Virus record (IMG/VR): IMGVR_UViG_3300043105_000059
Strand: one strand, 5' to 3'
Source: an uncultured virus (IMG/VR IMGVR_UViG_3300043105_000059)
Lineage: Duplodnaviria; Heunggongvirae; Uroviricota; Caudoviricetes
DNA length: 64,000 nt
Part shown: piece by piece, positions 12,977 through 27,700 of the stretch
Numbering within the stretch: position 1 is the stretch's first letter
Layout of the letters: each line of letters begins with the position of its first letter
The notes under the pieces: generated by a model
Seen by the model: only the letters and a program-made list of their open reading frames with translations
Databases searched by the model: none
What the model was told of the DNA's origin: nothing
Program-made: the position numbers and the translations under genes

Positions 12977-14835
12977 GTTATATAAATAAATTCTAGAGTG
13001 GAGGGTCTTCCCTCCCTCTAGTTGATTATATGCCTTTTACTGGTGTTCAAGCTCCTGCTGCAAAACAAGCAGAAGCAAACGATGATGACATTGGTATTAA
13101 GGATATTTTAAAATTAACTAATGAATTAGATGGACTTCCTGTAGATATGGATGCTATTAAGACCTCCTTATATAACATGTATGAAGACGCATCATTATTT
13201 AGTAATGGTCAGGTTTCTACAGGATAGTTGGTAAATACATATTTATCTGCTTTACAAAAGATTAAAGTAGCTAAATATAATAAAGAATAGTTTGATAATG
13301 CTCAAAAAGAAGCTACTTCTAATGGAGGTTTACACGAAGTGGCAATTGATGAGCATGGAAATTTATTTGTTCAGGATTAGGAAACAGGGTCTGTAGGATC
13401 TATAAGCTTAGCTTAGTACAATAAGCTTAAAGAAGAGGATCCGTAGAAATATGAAGCTCTTACTAATTCTAATTTATTATATTATAGAGCAGAACATCCT
13501 GATTTTGCTTTTAAAAATAACATATTAAGAACTGTATCAAATGGTGTTGGTGAAAAGAGTGTAACTGAAACCCTTAGTAAAGTACTAGGAAGTTTTGGAA
13601 CTGATACACTTACTAAACAAGGTTATTCTGAAAAAACAGCCGAGAATATTACTTGGGGAATGGAAGCTCTAAGAGAGGCTTACGAACAAGGTATGACAGT
13701 AGATGGATTATATAAATAGTCTGCTACCGAAGCTACACAAAAGGCTCAAATGAATGCTGCTTTGTAGTATATGTGGAAAACACTTCCTCAGAATATGAAA
13801 ACATTCTTAGAGTATAAAAGTGGTGATACTGAGAATCCTGAAAGAGGTGCTATGAAACTAATGGCAGATTTAGCATTTAAAGGAACTAGTTCTACTAGTA
13901 CATATACTTAGAGTTTAGTTAAGGATCCTAATAAATCTGGAACTGCTGGTGATCAGAATGATTTAAAGAAACAAATTGAACTAGACCCTGCTAAAGCTCT
14001 TGTATTAGGAATGGGTTATTAGAAAGACTTTGTACTTAACTCTGGAAGTAGTTATGAAGCAACTCTTAGTGGTAACTACAGTGTCCTTACTGATCATTCT
14101 GGAGAACCTTTAGGAGAATTTTCTACTTTACGAGATGTATCTTCTGGTGCTATGGCTGGTATTCTTGATATGAATAACGCTACATTCGGAGGAGCTAGAA
14201 TTGATACCCTTGATAGAGCCTTCTTAAACAATGCTGATGTTATCGGTGTTGATTTACCGATTGATTAGCAATATTTAAATGATACGGGTAATATTAGACC
14301 CGATATTAAACTACTTGAAAAAGTAGAACAACTTCATACAGCTATTAAACAGAAAGTAATTGATGGTTCTAACCCAGATGAAGTTAATGCTTATTGTGAT
14401 AAAATTGGTTTACCTTAGATGTATTCTAATTTAGATGAGAATGGTATTCCACAACTTAATAAGAAATACTTTGCTAGATTTGCACGTGTTACTGCTATGG
14501 TAGATGAATCTGCTTTAGCCGATGGTTAGCAAGTTGATAATACTGTACAAGAAGTTGGAGATAATAAACGTGAGAATTTCAAAACCTATATGAAGAAAGA
14601 AAATAAGAATTATAAAATTTCTGACGGATTCTTCGGGTTAGGTAAAGATGAATTATATGAAGGTGCTATTTACATACCTATAAGACAAGATATTATTGCT
14701 GCCTCACTCGCCGGCACTGCTAAATATAAGTTACCAGGAAATGATGCTATTAATGCAGCAAGTCGTTGGGCTGATAACTAGGCAGCTTAGGATTATTAGG
14801 AAGCACCAACTTTAAGTGAACTATTAGGAGAATAA
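12973..14835 (+). CDS. Putative virion cargo protein, about 620 aa (TAG=Gln)
   Basis: ATGA overlap with the previous gene. Fragments at 13030 and 14590 are in frame. TAA at 14833-14835. Confidence 0.75.
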
Positions 14836-14841
14836 TGAATT

Positions 14842-17800
14842 ATGGCAAAGGAAAATGATTTGTTTTTAAATCAACTAGTGAATCCCGAATTCAGTGCATT
14901 TGATTTTAAAGTAGCTGGTTTAGATACAACCAATACATCCATACAAGATAAGAGTGTTTACAAAAATTTAGACTTCGTAAAGAATAATACTGCTTTACAA
15001 ACAAATGGTAAGTTTGATGAAGCTAAATTTGATGCCATGTATGATTATGCAATGTCTAATTATAACTAGATGGCAAATAATGCTGTATCTGAGGATATTG
15101 GTAGACACGCTGAATTTTTTAGAGATAACATATATGCACCAGCCGAAAAAAGAAAACAAGACTTAGGGTATTCTGTACAGCGTGTTGCTAATCCATTACG
15201 TGAGCAAAAATCTACTGTAAGAGTTGGAGAAATTAAAGAAAATCCTTTGTCATTAAGAGAAATTGCACAAACCCAACGTGTTTGGGATAGTAAAACTGAT
15301 AGCTGGCAAGATGCTCCAAATGATTCTTTTTTCGCTAATTTTGCTGATACTAGAGTATTAGCTTAGTGGGATGAGGATGGTACACACGAAGATCCAATTA
15401 CTGGCGAAATCGTAGAACATAAGAAAGGCGACAAGAAAATAAATGATAACGGTACATATTACTATGAGAACTTAAATGGTCGTAGTGTATATGGACGTGA
15501 AGTTCTTAGCAAAACAGACACACTCACGACTGATGGTTCAGCTTGGAATAAGTTTGATATATTCGATGCTGACGATAAGGATGAGAATATTACTAAAACT
15601 CTTCTTAGAAATGCCATTAAGGTAGTACCTGCATTTATTGGTGGTGTAGCACCTTGGTATATTGGTGCTAGAGTAGCGATGAATACAGCTAATTTAGTAG
15701 CTAAACTAGGCAATATCGTTACAGGAAATAATAATAGTTTATTTCATAATATGGAAGCCTATGTAGATTCATTAGGCTTCTCTCAATCTGATTATACTAG
15801 AGGAGGAATTTCTGGTACAGTAACTGGTGATAACCCAAACTCTTCTAAGTATATAACACCACATGCTTGGTCATTAGAAAGTATGTTGGGATTAGCTGCT
15901 GATACTTTTACATAGCTAGCAGAACAACGCTGGATTTTTAAGTATCCGATACAAGCCGTTAAAGGTAAGATGGTTTTTGATGAAGGTTTACAAGAAGCTT
16001 TTAAGAATAAAATTGTACAAGAGCGTTCTCTTAAAACTGGAAAAATGATTGCCGATGATATGGCTAAAGCTTATGCTAAGGGACTTGGAGAAGACTTTGG
16101 TGCTATGGAAGCAGAAGCACACATCATGAATAGCTTATATGCTCAGCAACAGCTAGATGCTTATTTAAAAGGTGCTCAAAAAATTGGTGAAAAACTTTCA
16201 TTAGCTTACATGACTGGTATTACAGTAGCTGATTCTTATGGTGAAGCTCTAGAAGAAGGTGCAACACCTACTGAAGCCGCATTACTTACTTTAGGATATG
16301 CACTAGGAGAATATAAAATTTGTGCATCTGACTTAGGTAAGTGGATTCTCCCAGAAATGCGCATGGAACGTAATAGATGGGAATTAATTGGAAAACGTTT
16401 AGCAGAGGCTGGTTTGGATGAAAGTTCAGCTCTACAATCTAAAACAAAAGCAAAAGCTAGTGACTGGGTTAGTAGAATACTTAGACTTGGAAGTCAAACA
16501 GCTCTTGGTGATTACAAAAAAGCAGCTGATGGAACTTTAAAAATGACTTCTAAAGCTTTAATTGCTAATGCTCTAGGTGAAGGTACTGAGGAAGTTTCCG
16601 AAGAATTACTCTATGATTTTACTAAGGCTCTGTATAATAATACTGTATTTAAACTTACGGGTAATAATACTAAATTATCTTCATTTGATGGTGTTTTCGA
16701 TGATCGTGGTGTTGATGGTTTAGGTGATTTATTTAATCGCTACGCTCTTAACTTTGTTGGTGGTGTTATTGGTGGAGGACTTGGTGAAGCTTTACCCACT
16801 TATAGAGAAGCTTCTTAGTTTAAAAATATGGATAAGCAACAGGCTTATGAAGCTTTAGTACAATTAGTAAAGGAAGGTTATGGTGAGGACTTCAAAAAAG
16901 TTGTAAATAAGTCTACTTGGGCACCTAAAGATTTATCTTATGATATGGATGAGTCTGGTAATTTTAAACCTGCCGAGGACAAAGAACATAGTTAGAATGC
17001 AGTTATTAAAAATCTACTTAATCAACAAGTAGATATGATTGACTCTATACTTAGTTCATAGGGTGCTAAGTTATCTGATAAGTCCTTAATCGCACGTCTT
17101 ACAGATGTAAAAGATGCTCGTAAAGAGTTTAAAGCTTTAGCATTAGGACAATCTAAAATAGCTACAAAATTCATAGAAGGCTATAATCTATTATTAACAA
17201 ATTTAGTTAAGCATAAAGCTACCTTAATAGGCTTAGATTAGGTTGCTAATGAAAAGTCCAAGGATTCTGCTAAACCAGAAGAAAACGCAGCTGCTCAAGA
17301 AGTAACAGAAAAACAACGTAAAGAACTTGAAGCACAAATAAAATAGGAAGAAGAAGCTTTACAAGAATATCTTAATGGTAAGAAGTCCCCGGAATTTATT
17401 AAAAGAGTATTATTTGAAGTTACTAACCCGTTAGTGTCTTAGTTTAAGAATACTACATTTATTAACTTTGTAGAAAATAAATACAAAAAGAAAGCTAATG
17501 AATGCACAGATTAGGAACTTGAAAGTGCTAAATCAGAATGGGAGAAAGTAAAGGACTATGAAGCTGCTGACTTAGTAGATAATATATACGACTTATTTGA
17601 GGATGTTAATTTACGTTCTACGGATATTGTTAATGGTTATGTAAATCGTTATTTTGGAAACGATAATGTTGTAAATATCTTTGGAAGAACTATTGATGAC
17701 TATGCTTAGGATGTACTTGTAAAAAATGATGATAATGTAGCTTTATCAGAAGTAAAAGGTTTTGAGGAAAGTGAAGCAAATGGTAAACAAAACTTTAATG

Positions 17801-20800
17801 TTAATGTAAGCCCCTTGACTATGCTCGCCTATAGTTTAATTAGGATGGGTAAAGAGTAGGGTATAGATGTAACACGTTACCAAGATGCTTTAAAATAGAA
17901 TTTTGAGGATTAGAATGGAGCCTCTCCAAAATCTCAAATGGCTGTAGGTTATCAAATGAATGATTTAATTAGTAATGCTGCCGATTCTTCCGGAATTCTT
18001 GACAATCCTCAATTATATAATGCTACATTAGATTTTATAAAAAACTCTCCTTATATTACAGTAGTACAAAGAAATCAACTAAAGAATACTTTGAATAAAG
18101 TATTAAATGGTTTAGATCCTGAAGGTGCTAATCATGATACCTCCGTGCAAAGAATACTGGATCTTCAAGCTGCTATTGATAATAACTAGAATTACTCACC
18201 TATTCAAGAATTTATTGATGAGTTTAGTCTTAATTTAAGGGGAAATACTCAACCTAAATTATCTGAATTAATCAGCAAAATAGATGCTTAGATTAATATG
18301 AAAGGTAATGAAGGAAGTATTGAGAGTTTTAGTTTTGATGATGAGGAAACTGAGAAACAATTAGACAATGCTTTAGGTACTATAGCTATGGTAAAAGCTG
18401 TAGTAAATGCAGCAAGAAATGATAAAGCTCGTCATGGTGATGTATTTGGTTATAATAATACAGTTAATGAACTTACTCCTGGATCTAAATTAGCTGAAAT
18501 TGATAGTAATGTAGCAGACACCATCTTACAAGAATTATCTTCCGAGGAAAATCGTCTTAACTATTATAAGAGAATTGTTGACTTAAACTCTAAGAATGTA
18601 TTAAGAACTCACGATAGAACTGGTGTAAAAGCAAAAGTTCTTTTATATAAAAAGACAAAAGAGAGATTTTCTGCATCTAATTGGCCTCCTTCTTCTTGGA
18701 ATTAGGATGCTAATCAAGAAATAAAAGACTCTTTTAATGATGATAGTTTCAAGTTACTTAATAAATTAGTAGCTGATGATACTTAGGCAAACTATAATTT
18801 AAATCCTCAAGATACTTTATAGTTAGAGCAAGAGTGGAAATTGCTTAATGAAAAGTTGCATAAATTCTTTATTGATAATTAGGCTAATATAGAAGACGAA
18901 AATAAATTAGCGGAACTTGCAGATATGCGAGTTACAGGTTTATATTAGTTAGATACTAGCATACTTAATCAACATTCTGAAGAAATATCCAACTCTTCTT
19001 GGTGGTGGTGGCTAGCATCAAGAGCTGCTATGGATGTAAATACTTATAAATAGTATGAGTTAAATACATTTAAGAGTAATGACTCTTTTGCACCTGTCCC
19101 TGGTTAGGAAATAGCTACAGAAATAGCTTTTTCTGCAATTACTAATAAGAAAATATTTAACTTATTTGGTAAAGCTTAGAATAAAGCTTTATAGGAATTT
19201 GTTAAAGGTCATGAGGATGAAAAACCTGGAGATCCTTTTTACGATTAGTACTTTCCTAATCGTGTTGATATGTTGTCAGAAATTGGTAGTGATTCTTCAA
19301 ACTCTATTAATTATGCAGCTACGGTTCTTGCGGAAGGTATTGCAGGTTCTGGAAAATCTACAGGATTTACCAAGCATTTAATAGACATGCTTGGAATGGA
19401 TGAAAACATTAAAAAGGAAGTTCTTGGTAATATCTGGTTTGTACATACTTCTAAAGCTCAAGCTTAGAATTTAGCTAAGAGTTTGTTTGGTGAAGAAGCT
19501 GCTAATTAGTTGGCAGATAATTGTTTTTCTCACCAATCCATAATGCAGCATATTGCAGGTACTAATGATAAAGGGCATACTTGGAATGAAACGTTTGATC
19601 CTACTACGGGAGATGTTATTATTAATCCTGATGATATAGTATAGGAATAGGGTAAGACCCTTCGATATAACTATGGTATTAAAACTGGGATAAAAGCACC
19701 TACTTTAATAATTACTGATGAGGTTAGTCACATGTCACAACCGTCACTTGGATTAATTAGTGATTTTGTAAATGAGACTGGTGGTGTGCATTTAACATTA
19801 GGAGATTTTGAGTAGTCAGGACTTAGGGGTATTGCCAAGGATTTAAAAATTGTAGACAATGCTGGAAATGTAGTGGGTACATCGGAAAATTACTCTTATC
19901 AATTAGATAATACTAATATAGTACATGTTCCAAAATTAGGACAATCATTACGTTCAAAAAATAAATTAAAAGATAATAACAATGCTAAATTTAGGGAGGT
20001 TAAGAGTCTAATACTACAGAATTAGGCACCAAGTACAGTTTTAAATTATCACGAAAGTTAGGAAGAAGGTTTAATTGGTGATAAAATAATCTATAAAAAT
20101 GCCATAGATTCTGATCCTAATGCGTTTGAGTAGTAGGTAGTAGACTTGTTAAAACGTACTAAAGCCTTAGGAAGTGATAAGAAACTTGGTTATATTTACG
20201 ATAAAGAATTTGATTCTAACGGTAATGAGGTTGAATCTACTACTACTAAAATTATAAAGAAACTAAATGAGTCCGAAGAATTTAAGGGTCTTGTGGATTT
20301 TAATAGTTCTTATGCTGCTTAGGGTAAGGAAAATCCATATTATGTAGTAAGTTTAAATAGGGATGTGTCTAAGGTACAAACTCCCGAATATTTAGCGGAT
20401 TTCTATACAGGATTAACTCGTGCAGAAGTTGGATCATTATTAGTACTTAATTAGGATATAGCTAACGCATTAAAAATTTCATCTTAGCATGTTGAGAAGG
20501 CTCCTAAATTTATCATTGGTGATAATGCTATTAAAGCTTATAAGGAACGTAAGTACAATTTATATAAAGAAGTTTATGGAGAACCAGAGGAAGGTAAAAA
20601 GCTTGTATTCTAGCAATACAAAGATCCTACTAGAACTATAATATCTCCTACAAACAATGCAGAACCAGAAGTTCCTGACGGAGAACCAGAAATTGGCACA
20701 ATAGTTCAGGATGGTGATGACGAAGAATGGGAAATCATTGGTTATGAGAAACAAAATAATGGTACTTATAAAGCTAAACTGAAAAATGTTAATACAGGAA

Positions 20801-23800
20801 AAGAAGTTACTATAACCACTGATGAACTGGATGATTATACTACAGTAGTTTCAAATACTGGATCTAATAGTGCAGGAGGTATTACGACTGTAAAAGGTAA
20901 TAGAAATGGTACAGAAGGTTTAACTAATAAAGGAGATGATGTGCAAATGATGCACCACTCTTTTAATGCTTATGAAACTAGTTTAGTATATGACCCAAAT
21001 ACAAAGACTTACAAGTTTAGTGAAAACTTCCTAGAAAATCGAAAAGATAATGTGATTGGTTTAGCTAGAGTTGTTAATGACATTACAACTTCTGATTAGG
21101 CAGCTAAATAGAAACTGTTAAGTCTGGATTCTACTGAGCTAAATGCCTTAAAGCAAGCTCACAAGCTTATATTTGATATTGCCAGAACTGGAACAAGTTC
21201 TGATGAAATCATAGACAGTATAAATGATGTTCTGCAAGTACGTTTTCAAGGTAAAAAGTTACCTGATGGAGCATTTGTAAGATTTGCTTACAAGTCCTGT
21301 CTACCTTACAAGGCTTTTATAGATGGTTCTGGAAAACCTGATACTACAAAAGTTAGCGCATATCATAATGAGAAGTTTGCGAAACCTTATGAAGAAAAAG
21401 TAGCACATAATGTTAATACTGATACTTAGAGTTTTTCTGATACTAATACCAGCACTATTAATATGATTGTTATTGATAAAGATGGTAAAGAACTATTTGA
21501 AATAACTTGTGCTACTGATACTAATCCAGTAACTTTAGCTTTAACTAAAGGCTTTGAAGCAGATGCTAGTGGGTAGGATATTAAAGCTTGGGTAACTAAA
21601 AGACGTGAAGAAATTTTGAATGATGCCAACATTGATAGTGATAAAAAGTTTTCGTAGTTAGTTGATGAGTTATATGCTGCTTTATTTAATCCTAACGAAT
21701 TAGGAAAGCATTCACAAGCTAAAAAACTTATTCACCAAATAGATTTATTCTGGGCACATCAGAAAATTATGATGGGTAATATAAAATTCCTAACTACTGA
21801 GGATGCTAATGGTAATAAAGATTGGTTAATTCCCGGACGTGATTGGGAATCTAGTGGTGTTATTATCAATGACTCCGAGAATATTTCTATGACTAATAAC
21901 TTACCTTATTATGCACAATATGGTGGAGAGTGGTTAAAATTTTCTGATATAGAGAGGGAAGGTGCTATATCCATGTGTGGCAAAGTTCTCATGGCTACAG
22001 CAAATACAAGAATAAATAAAAAGAATGGTGCCGTTGTAGAAATTAAAGCAGGAAAACCATTTGTAATTGTTTCTGATGATACCAATTCTTATAATAATCA
22101 ATTTACAACCCCTTAGTAGTGGATGGAAGCTTTGTATGATGAGAATGCAACTCATGTAACTGCTGTATACATTGAACCACCTTCTACGGACTTTGGTGGT
22201 TATATGCAATATCTTGTATAGTACTATGGCAATACAGCAACTACATCGGATCGTATTGGTACAGCTTCAACGTCTTATAGAATATTAAGAGAATTAATTA
22301 AATCTACAGAAGGTAAGAAGTTTTTACGAGAGCGTTTTGAAAAATTGTACCAATATAAACAACCTACACAAGTTGATGAAGGCTTGGCATCTTTAGAAAA
22401 AGTTTTAGACCAGTTGGATAGCTTAGAGGGTAAAGTTACTAGTAGCAATGAAAACGCTGTAGTTGATTTACTAAAGTCTAGAGTAGTTGATGAATACGCT
22501 ACTAAAGAATCTAGACCTAATTATATTACTAATATAGTTCGCTTGTATCCTAATACTACAATAGGAAGTTCTATTGATAGAGTATTGCGATTTGTAGTTT
22601 AGGGTTATTATCCAATTAATAAGGTTCCCGCTGATTTAGCTTTTGAAAAATTAAGTTCGGCTAATGCCCAGAATAATATAAAAACTATTGATGATTTAAT
22701 TAAATAGGGATCTACTTATCGTAGAGGTATATTTAGAAAAGTTAGTTATATACAGGCAAATACTGGCGTTCAGTATAAGGATTTCCGAGAAACTACATTG
22801 CCTATTAACGAGGCTTGGTTTAACGCAAGAATTGATACTGGTGCATGGAGAACAGTAGGTGATAGAGCTGTAGAATATCAATCCTAGAAAGATGCTATGT
22901 TACTTGGAGTAGGTAGAGCTAAAAAGATTGATTATACTGACCACGAAATGTATGTAAAAGAAGATATGAAATCATTAGCTGATCCACCTAAAGTAGTTAA
23001 AAAGCAAACTTCAATTTCTACAGTAGATTTATTTAAAAGTTTTGATATTAAAGGTAAGGATACAATAGAGTCTTTATCTAAAAAGAGTCGCACTTATTTA
23101 TTATAGAAATACATTGATACTAATTTATCTGGAGCTGGTATAACAGTTAATAACATTACTGCGGATAAGATAGATCCTGCTAAATTTAAAACTATGTTTG
23201 ATACAGCTTTAAACAATAAAGAAATATCTTATGTAGAAAATGGAACTATCTTAATTACTCCAGAGGATTTAAAACCAAATATTTTACGCACTAGTGAGAC
23301 ATTTAAAGGTTTCTTTGAAATTACTCCGGGTGTGTTGGGTTGTACTATAGAAGATTCTGCGGGTAATGAAACTAAATATAGCTTAGCCTTTAATATTGAA
23401 ATTAAAAATAATAAACATCATATAAAAGATATTGCTAGTACGCTTTATACCCCAACTACTAATCCACCATCAACAGGATTAAATTGGAATAGTGTTGATG
23501 ATGTTCGTTAGGCTATCATTACGAAATATGGTGCAAATACTAAGGTTACGAATGAGACAGCCACTTAGTTATATGCAAGATATACTGCGGCTACTAATAA
23601 TAGCGTATTAACGATAGACGATATAATTAATTCTACAGATGTATTGTATCAAAATCCTGACGGGTCTTAGGTATTATCTTCATTAGCAGACGTAGTCCAT
23701 AGTATTGAAGATAATGCTACTGATGATTACAAAAATGTTATGGACTATCTTAGAGATCCTTCTGGTAAGCTTTTTGGTTATGAGATAGCTTCTACTGATA

Positions 23801-24708
23801 TTGGTAAACCTCACAAGTACTATCAAATTAATAAATACGATGTTGATGCTTCTGGAAATCTAATATTAGATACTAGTGAAACCACGTTATAGGATTTTTA
23901 TAATGCTATAAATGAAGCATAGAATTTCCTCCAAACTAATCATATAACTAAGTATTCGGATACTGTTATTAGTCACATTACAGGTCTGGCTGCAAAAAAT
24001 TTTCATACCTCTGGTTTTAACTATAAATCTGAACTTGCTTTAGCTGTAGATTCTAGTGGTGAAAAATACTTAATATCTAAGTAGGATATTGTAGACAAAA
24101 TGAATATATCAGACTTTGGGTTTACTGAAGATAATTTTGCAGAACTCGATTTAGCTAATCATACTTATAAAGATGAGGATGGTAATGTTAAAACATTTAA
24201 TGGTGATTGGGTATTCACTCCTACAGGTGATGGTTCTTATAAGTTAGAAAATAAAACTATTAGTACTACTAAGACATTTATTGGTTTGGATGGTGTTGAG
24301 GTTGATCTTGAAAATTTAACTCCGGAAAATAGTATAATTTTAGATTCATTTGACTCATTTGGGGAGGGGTCTTAGCTCTCAGCGGACTTACAATTTCTCG
24401 GAATAACCAAGGGCTCTGGGCCTATCGCATTTAGTAACGACTTACTAGAAAGTATAGTTGCATCTATTAACGCGGCTAAACTTATTGATGTAAGTGATTC
24501 TATAAACAATGAGTTGAAATCTAAATTAAATTAGACTAAGTCTAATTTTGATAAACTTGTTAATAGGGCTAAGGGATTAAGCCCCACAGATACATCAATG
24601 ATTGCGATTCAAAATAGAATGAAAGAGTATATAAACTATTACAATTTTTTGAATGCTCTATTATATAAATTAGGGATAAACCCAGATGAAGGGACAAGAT
24701 GTAATTAA
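14842..24708 (+). CDS. Giant virion protein, about 3288 aa (TAG=Gln), containing a superfamily 1 helicase domain
   Basis: Many ORF-track fragments share one frame. SF1 motifs appear in order: I GIAGSGKS (19336), II IITDE (DE at 19717), III LGDFEQ (19798-19815), IV LGQSLRS (19936), V AAQGKE (20314), VI FYTGLTRA (20401). Confidence 0.85.
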
Positions 24709-24744
24709 CACTCTTTTACTAACATATTAAATTTTAAGTGATTT

Positions 24745-27700
24745 ATGGCATGTTCACTAGACATAAATGAAAAAGTTGATGCTTTTATAGAGATTTTAGA
24801 AAAATCAGAAGAGCCTGTAAAAAATGTACAGGCTCTTCTGACTACGTTTATTTAGAAAACATTTAGGACGGAAGAACTTAATCCTATTAAAGATGAAGTT
24901 ATTAGGGAGTTTAATTTAAGTAAAAGATCGGATCAAATATCAGATTATAGAGATTTATTTGGTAATGATGCAGTAGCAAATGCTATGGACTCTGTAAATG
25001 AGGAAATGGTTAATATTATTGTAGGAAAATATTTAAATCCAGAAGCCTATACTTAGGAAGATGATATTAAATCAAAAACAGATGAACTAGAGCATAGTTC
25101 AGAAAAGAAAGCTATCTTAAAAAATTCTAGTACATTTATCGATGATACTTATGGCGGACAATCATTAGCTAAAATGGATATGATGCAAAAGTTCCAATCT
25201 TTAATTGGAAATAGTACAATGTTCATGAAAGATTCTAATGGTGATGTCATAGAAATTGCTACTGGTAAATAGTTAAGCTAGAATTTATATCGTTTACAAC
25301 AAGAATTATATTCTGATATTATAAGAGATTTAAAAGAACTTCGAAAGGTAGATTTACCTGAAAATGTTTTTGATGGGTTTGAGTAGGTAAAAGCCATTAT
25401 GGATCAATACTATAATTGGAATCCTACCATCATTAATAATTCTAGAAGCCGTAACACCGCTCTCTTCCAAAAAAGCTATAGAACTTTTAATAACTACTTT
25501 ATATTAAGTCATTTTGATCAACTTCTACAATCTCAATGTCCTGGACTTGTAGATATAGACCAAAGATATTTTGGATAGCTTCGACAAATAGCTGATGGTA
25601 AATATTTTGCCCATAATAAGAATGAAAATTTGGGAACTAGTTGGGGAGATGATACAGAATTATCTGATGGTGTTGGGGAGTTAAATCAAAGTATGAAAAC
25701 CTTCTTAGGTAATCTTTGGTTATTTAGTAAGGATGGTACTAAAACTCGTTTACTCAAAGTACAAGAAATTGCAGATGCTTGGTGTGATTTAAAGAATCTT
25801 GTATTTCACCCAGAACTAAGATAGCTGGATGTTAATGGTAAAATAGTATGGGGATTTGCCAATACAACAGATGGTAGAAAGTTTATTAAAGAATATCTTA
25901 CCGATTCTGCTGGAAACGTACTTACAGTACATGACTTAGTAACTGATATGGTAGATGATCCTACTAAATTAGACATGTTGCTTAAACTAGCTACATCTGA
26001 TGTATTTGCAAAAAGAATGCAATTACCCATTACTAAACAGTTAATATATAAGTCTATGTACGCTTAGATGTGTGATATTAACTTAGGCGCTGGAATATAT
26101 CCTTAGAAACTTGACCTAGATGGTAATGTCTATCAAGCATTTCATAATAGCAAGGGACGAAATATAATTACAATCAATGATAAAACTCCCGGATACTATA
26201 ACCATCTACGTCAATTTTTAGATAATATTGAACGTATGAATATGAACCAATTACGTATGAAAGATACAGGTGAGTATGAAAATGTTCGATTAAGTTAGGG
26301 AGCTAAAGACGCAAACACATTATAGTATATAGGTAATATAGCTGCTACATATTCTGCATTATTAGGAAGTAAGCATGGTTTATACAGTAATGCAGAATCT
26401 GATTATTCTAATGAAATTAAATTAGGAACTATAACGATTGATCGTTCGGGATTATCACTGGAGAAACGTAGTGATAAGTATATTACCTTCACAGATGGTA
26501 AAGTTACTTTTAAAGTTGGAAGTAACTTAAAGGTTTCTATTAAATAGAAAAATGGTAACTTTACTAACTTTTCAGATTAGTCAACTTTAGCTGATGCCCA
26601 ATGGGACGTAATTAAAGAAATACTACAAATACAGGACTATCCTAAAGAAGCTTTTATAAACCAAAGCGCTTCTAATCTTATCACTGCAGAAACTTTGATA
26701 AGTCTTGCTGGAAATGTTATGTATAATTATGGAGTATCCAGTATATTACAAAATCGTAATGATCTTGATGATTTTAATATTGATGAGGAAGTAAAAGGAT
26801 ATTTTACTACTGAGGGTACTTATAAGTTAACTAAGGATAAGCAAGAATTACAACCATTTAATCCTAAAAATAATACCAAAATTAATAATCTAATGGATAC
26901 CATTGACTAGCTCAATGGTAAGATTAGAGATGCTGTTACAAAAGGAGCTGATGGTAAGATGATTAATACTATTACTACATCATAGTTGGCTTCTAAAGCT
27001 ACACAACAATGGCATCGTGATGCTAAACAATTGGGAGATGATTATGCTTGTAAAGATTTCTCTTTACATGATATATATAAAGGATTTGAAATAGCTCGTG
27101 ATGTAAAACAAAACCTTGATAGTAAGAAAGTAATTGAATTTAGTCCTGCTGAAAACTTTGCTTTTGGTTTTATTTCTGATTATGCAACTCCTATGAATGA
27201 TACGGATAAAACTATTAGAGTCCTACCATTAATTATTTCAGATAAGGAGCGCATTCTTAAAATAAAACTAGATCTAAATAAAAAAGTTTAGTTTAAGAAC
27301 TCTAAAGGATAGTCTGTAGAAGAACAACTTTGCAACCTAACTTAGGAAGATTTGTACGACTACATTAAATAGCAACTAGGAGGTTTTTATGAGCATTAGT
27401 ATAATCAAATAAAAGGGCGTTACGATAGATTAAAAAATTATGTCACCAATCCAGATGGTACTATTAATTTAGCACAATCTCAAACCTTTGCAAGTCAAAC
27501 TGAAAATTAGGATTTAAGAGAAATGCTCATAATGTTAGATGGTAATGATACATCTGGTGTAAATTATAATACTCTATTTACTGAAAATGGTATTCTTAAT
27601 TTTAAAGGAATTAATCAATTAATAGACTAGTTTATTTCAGACCACTCTGATGAAGCTCAAAATTTTGATATAGACGAAGAGGCTGTAAAGTTAGCAAGAA

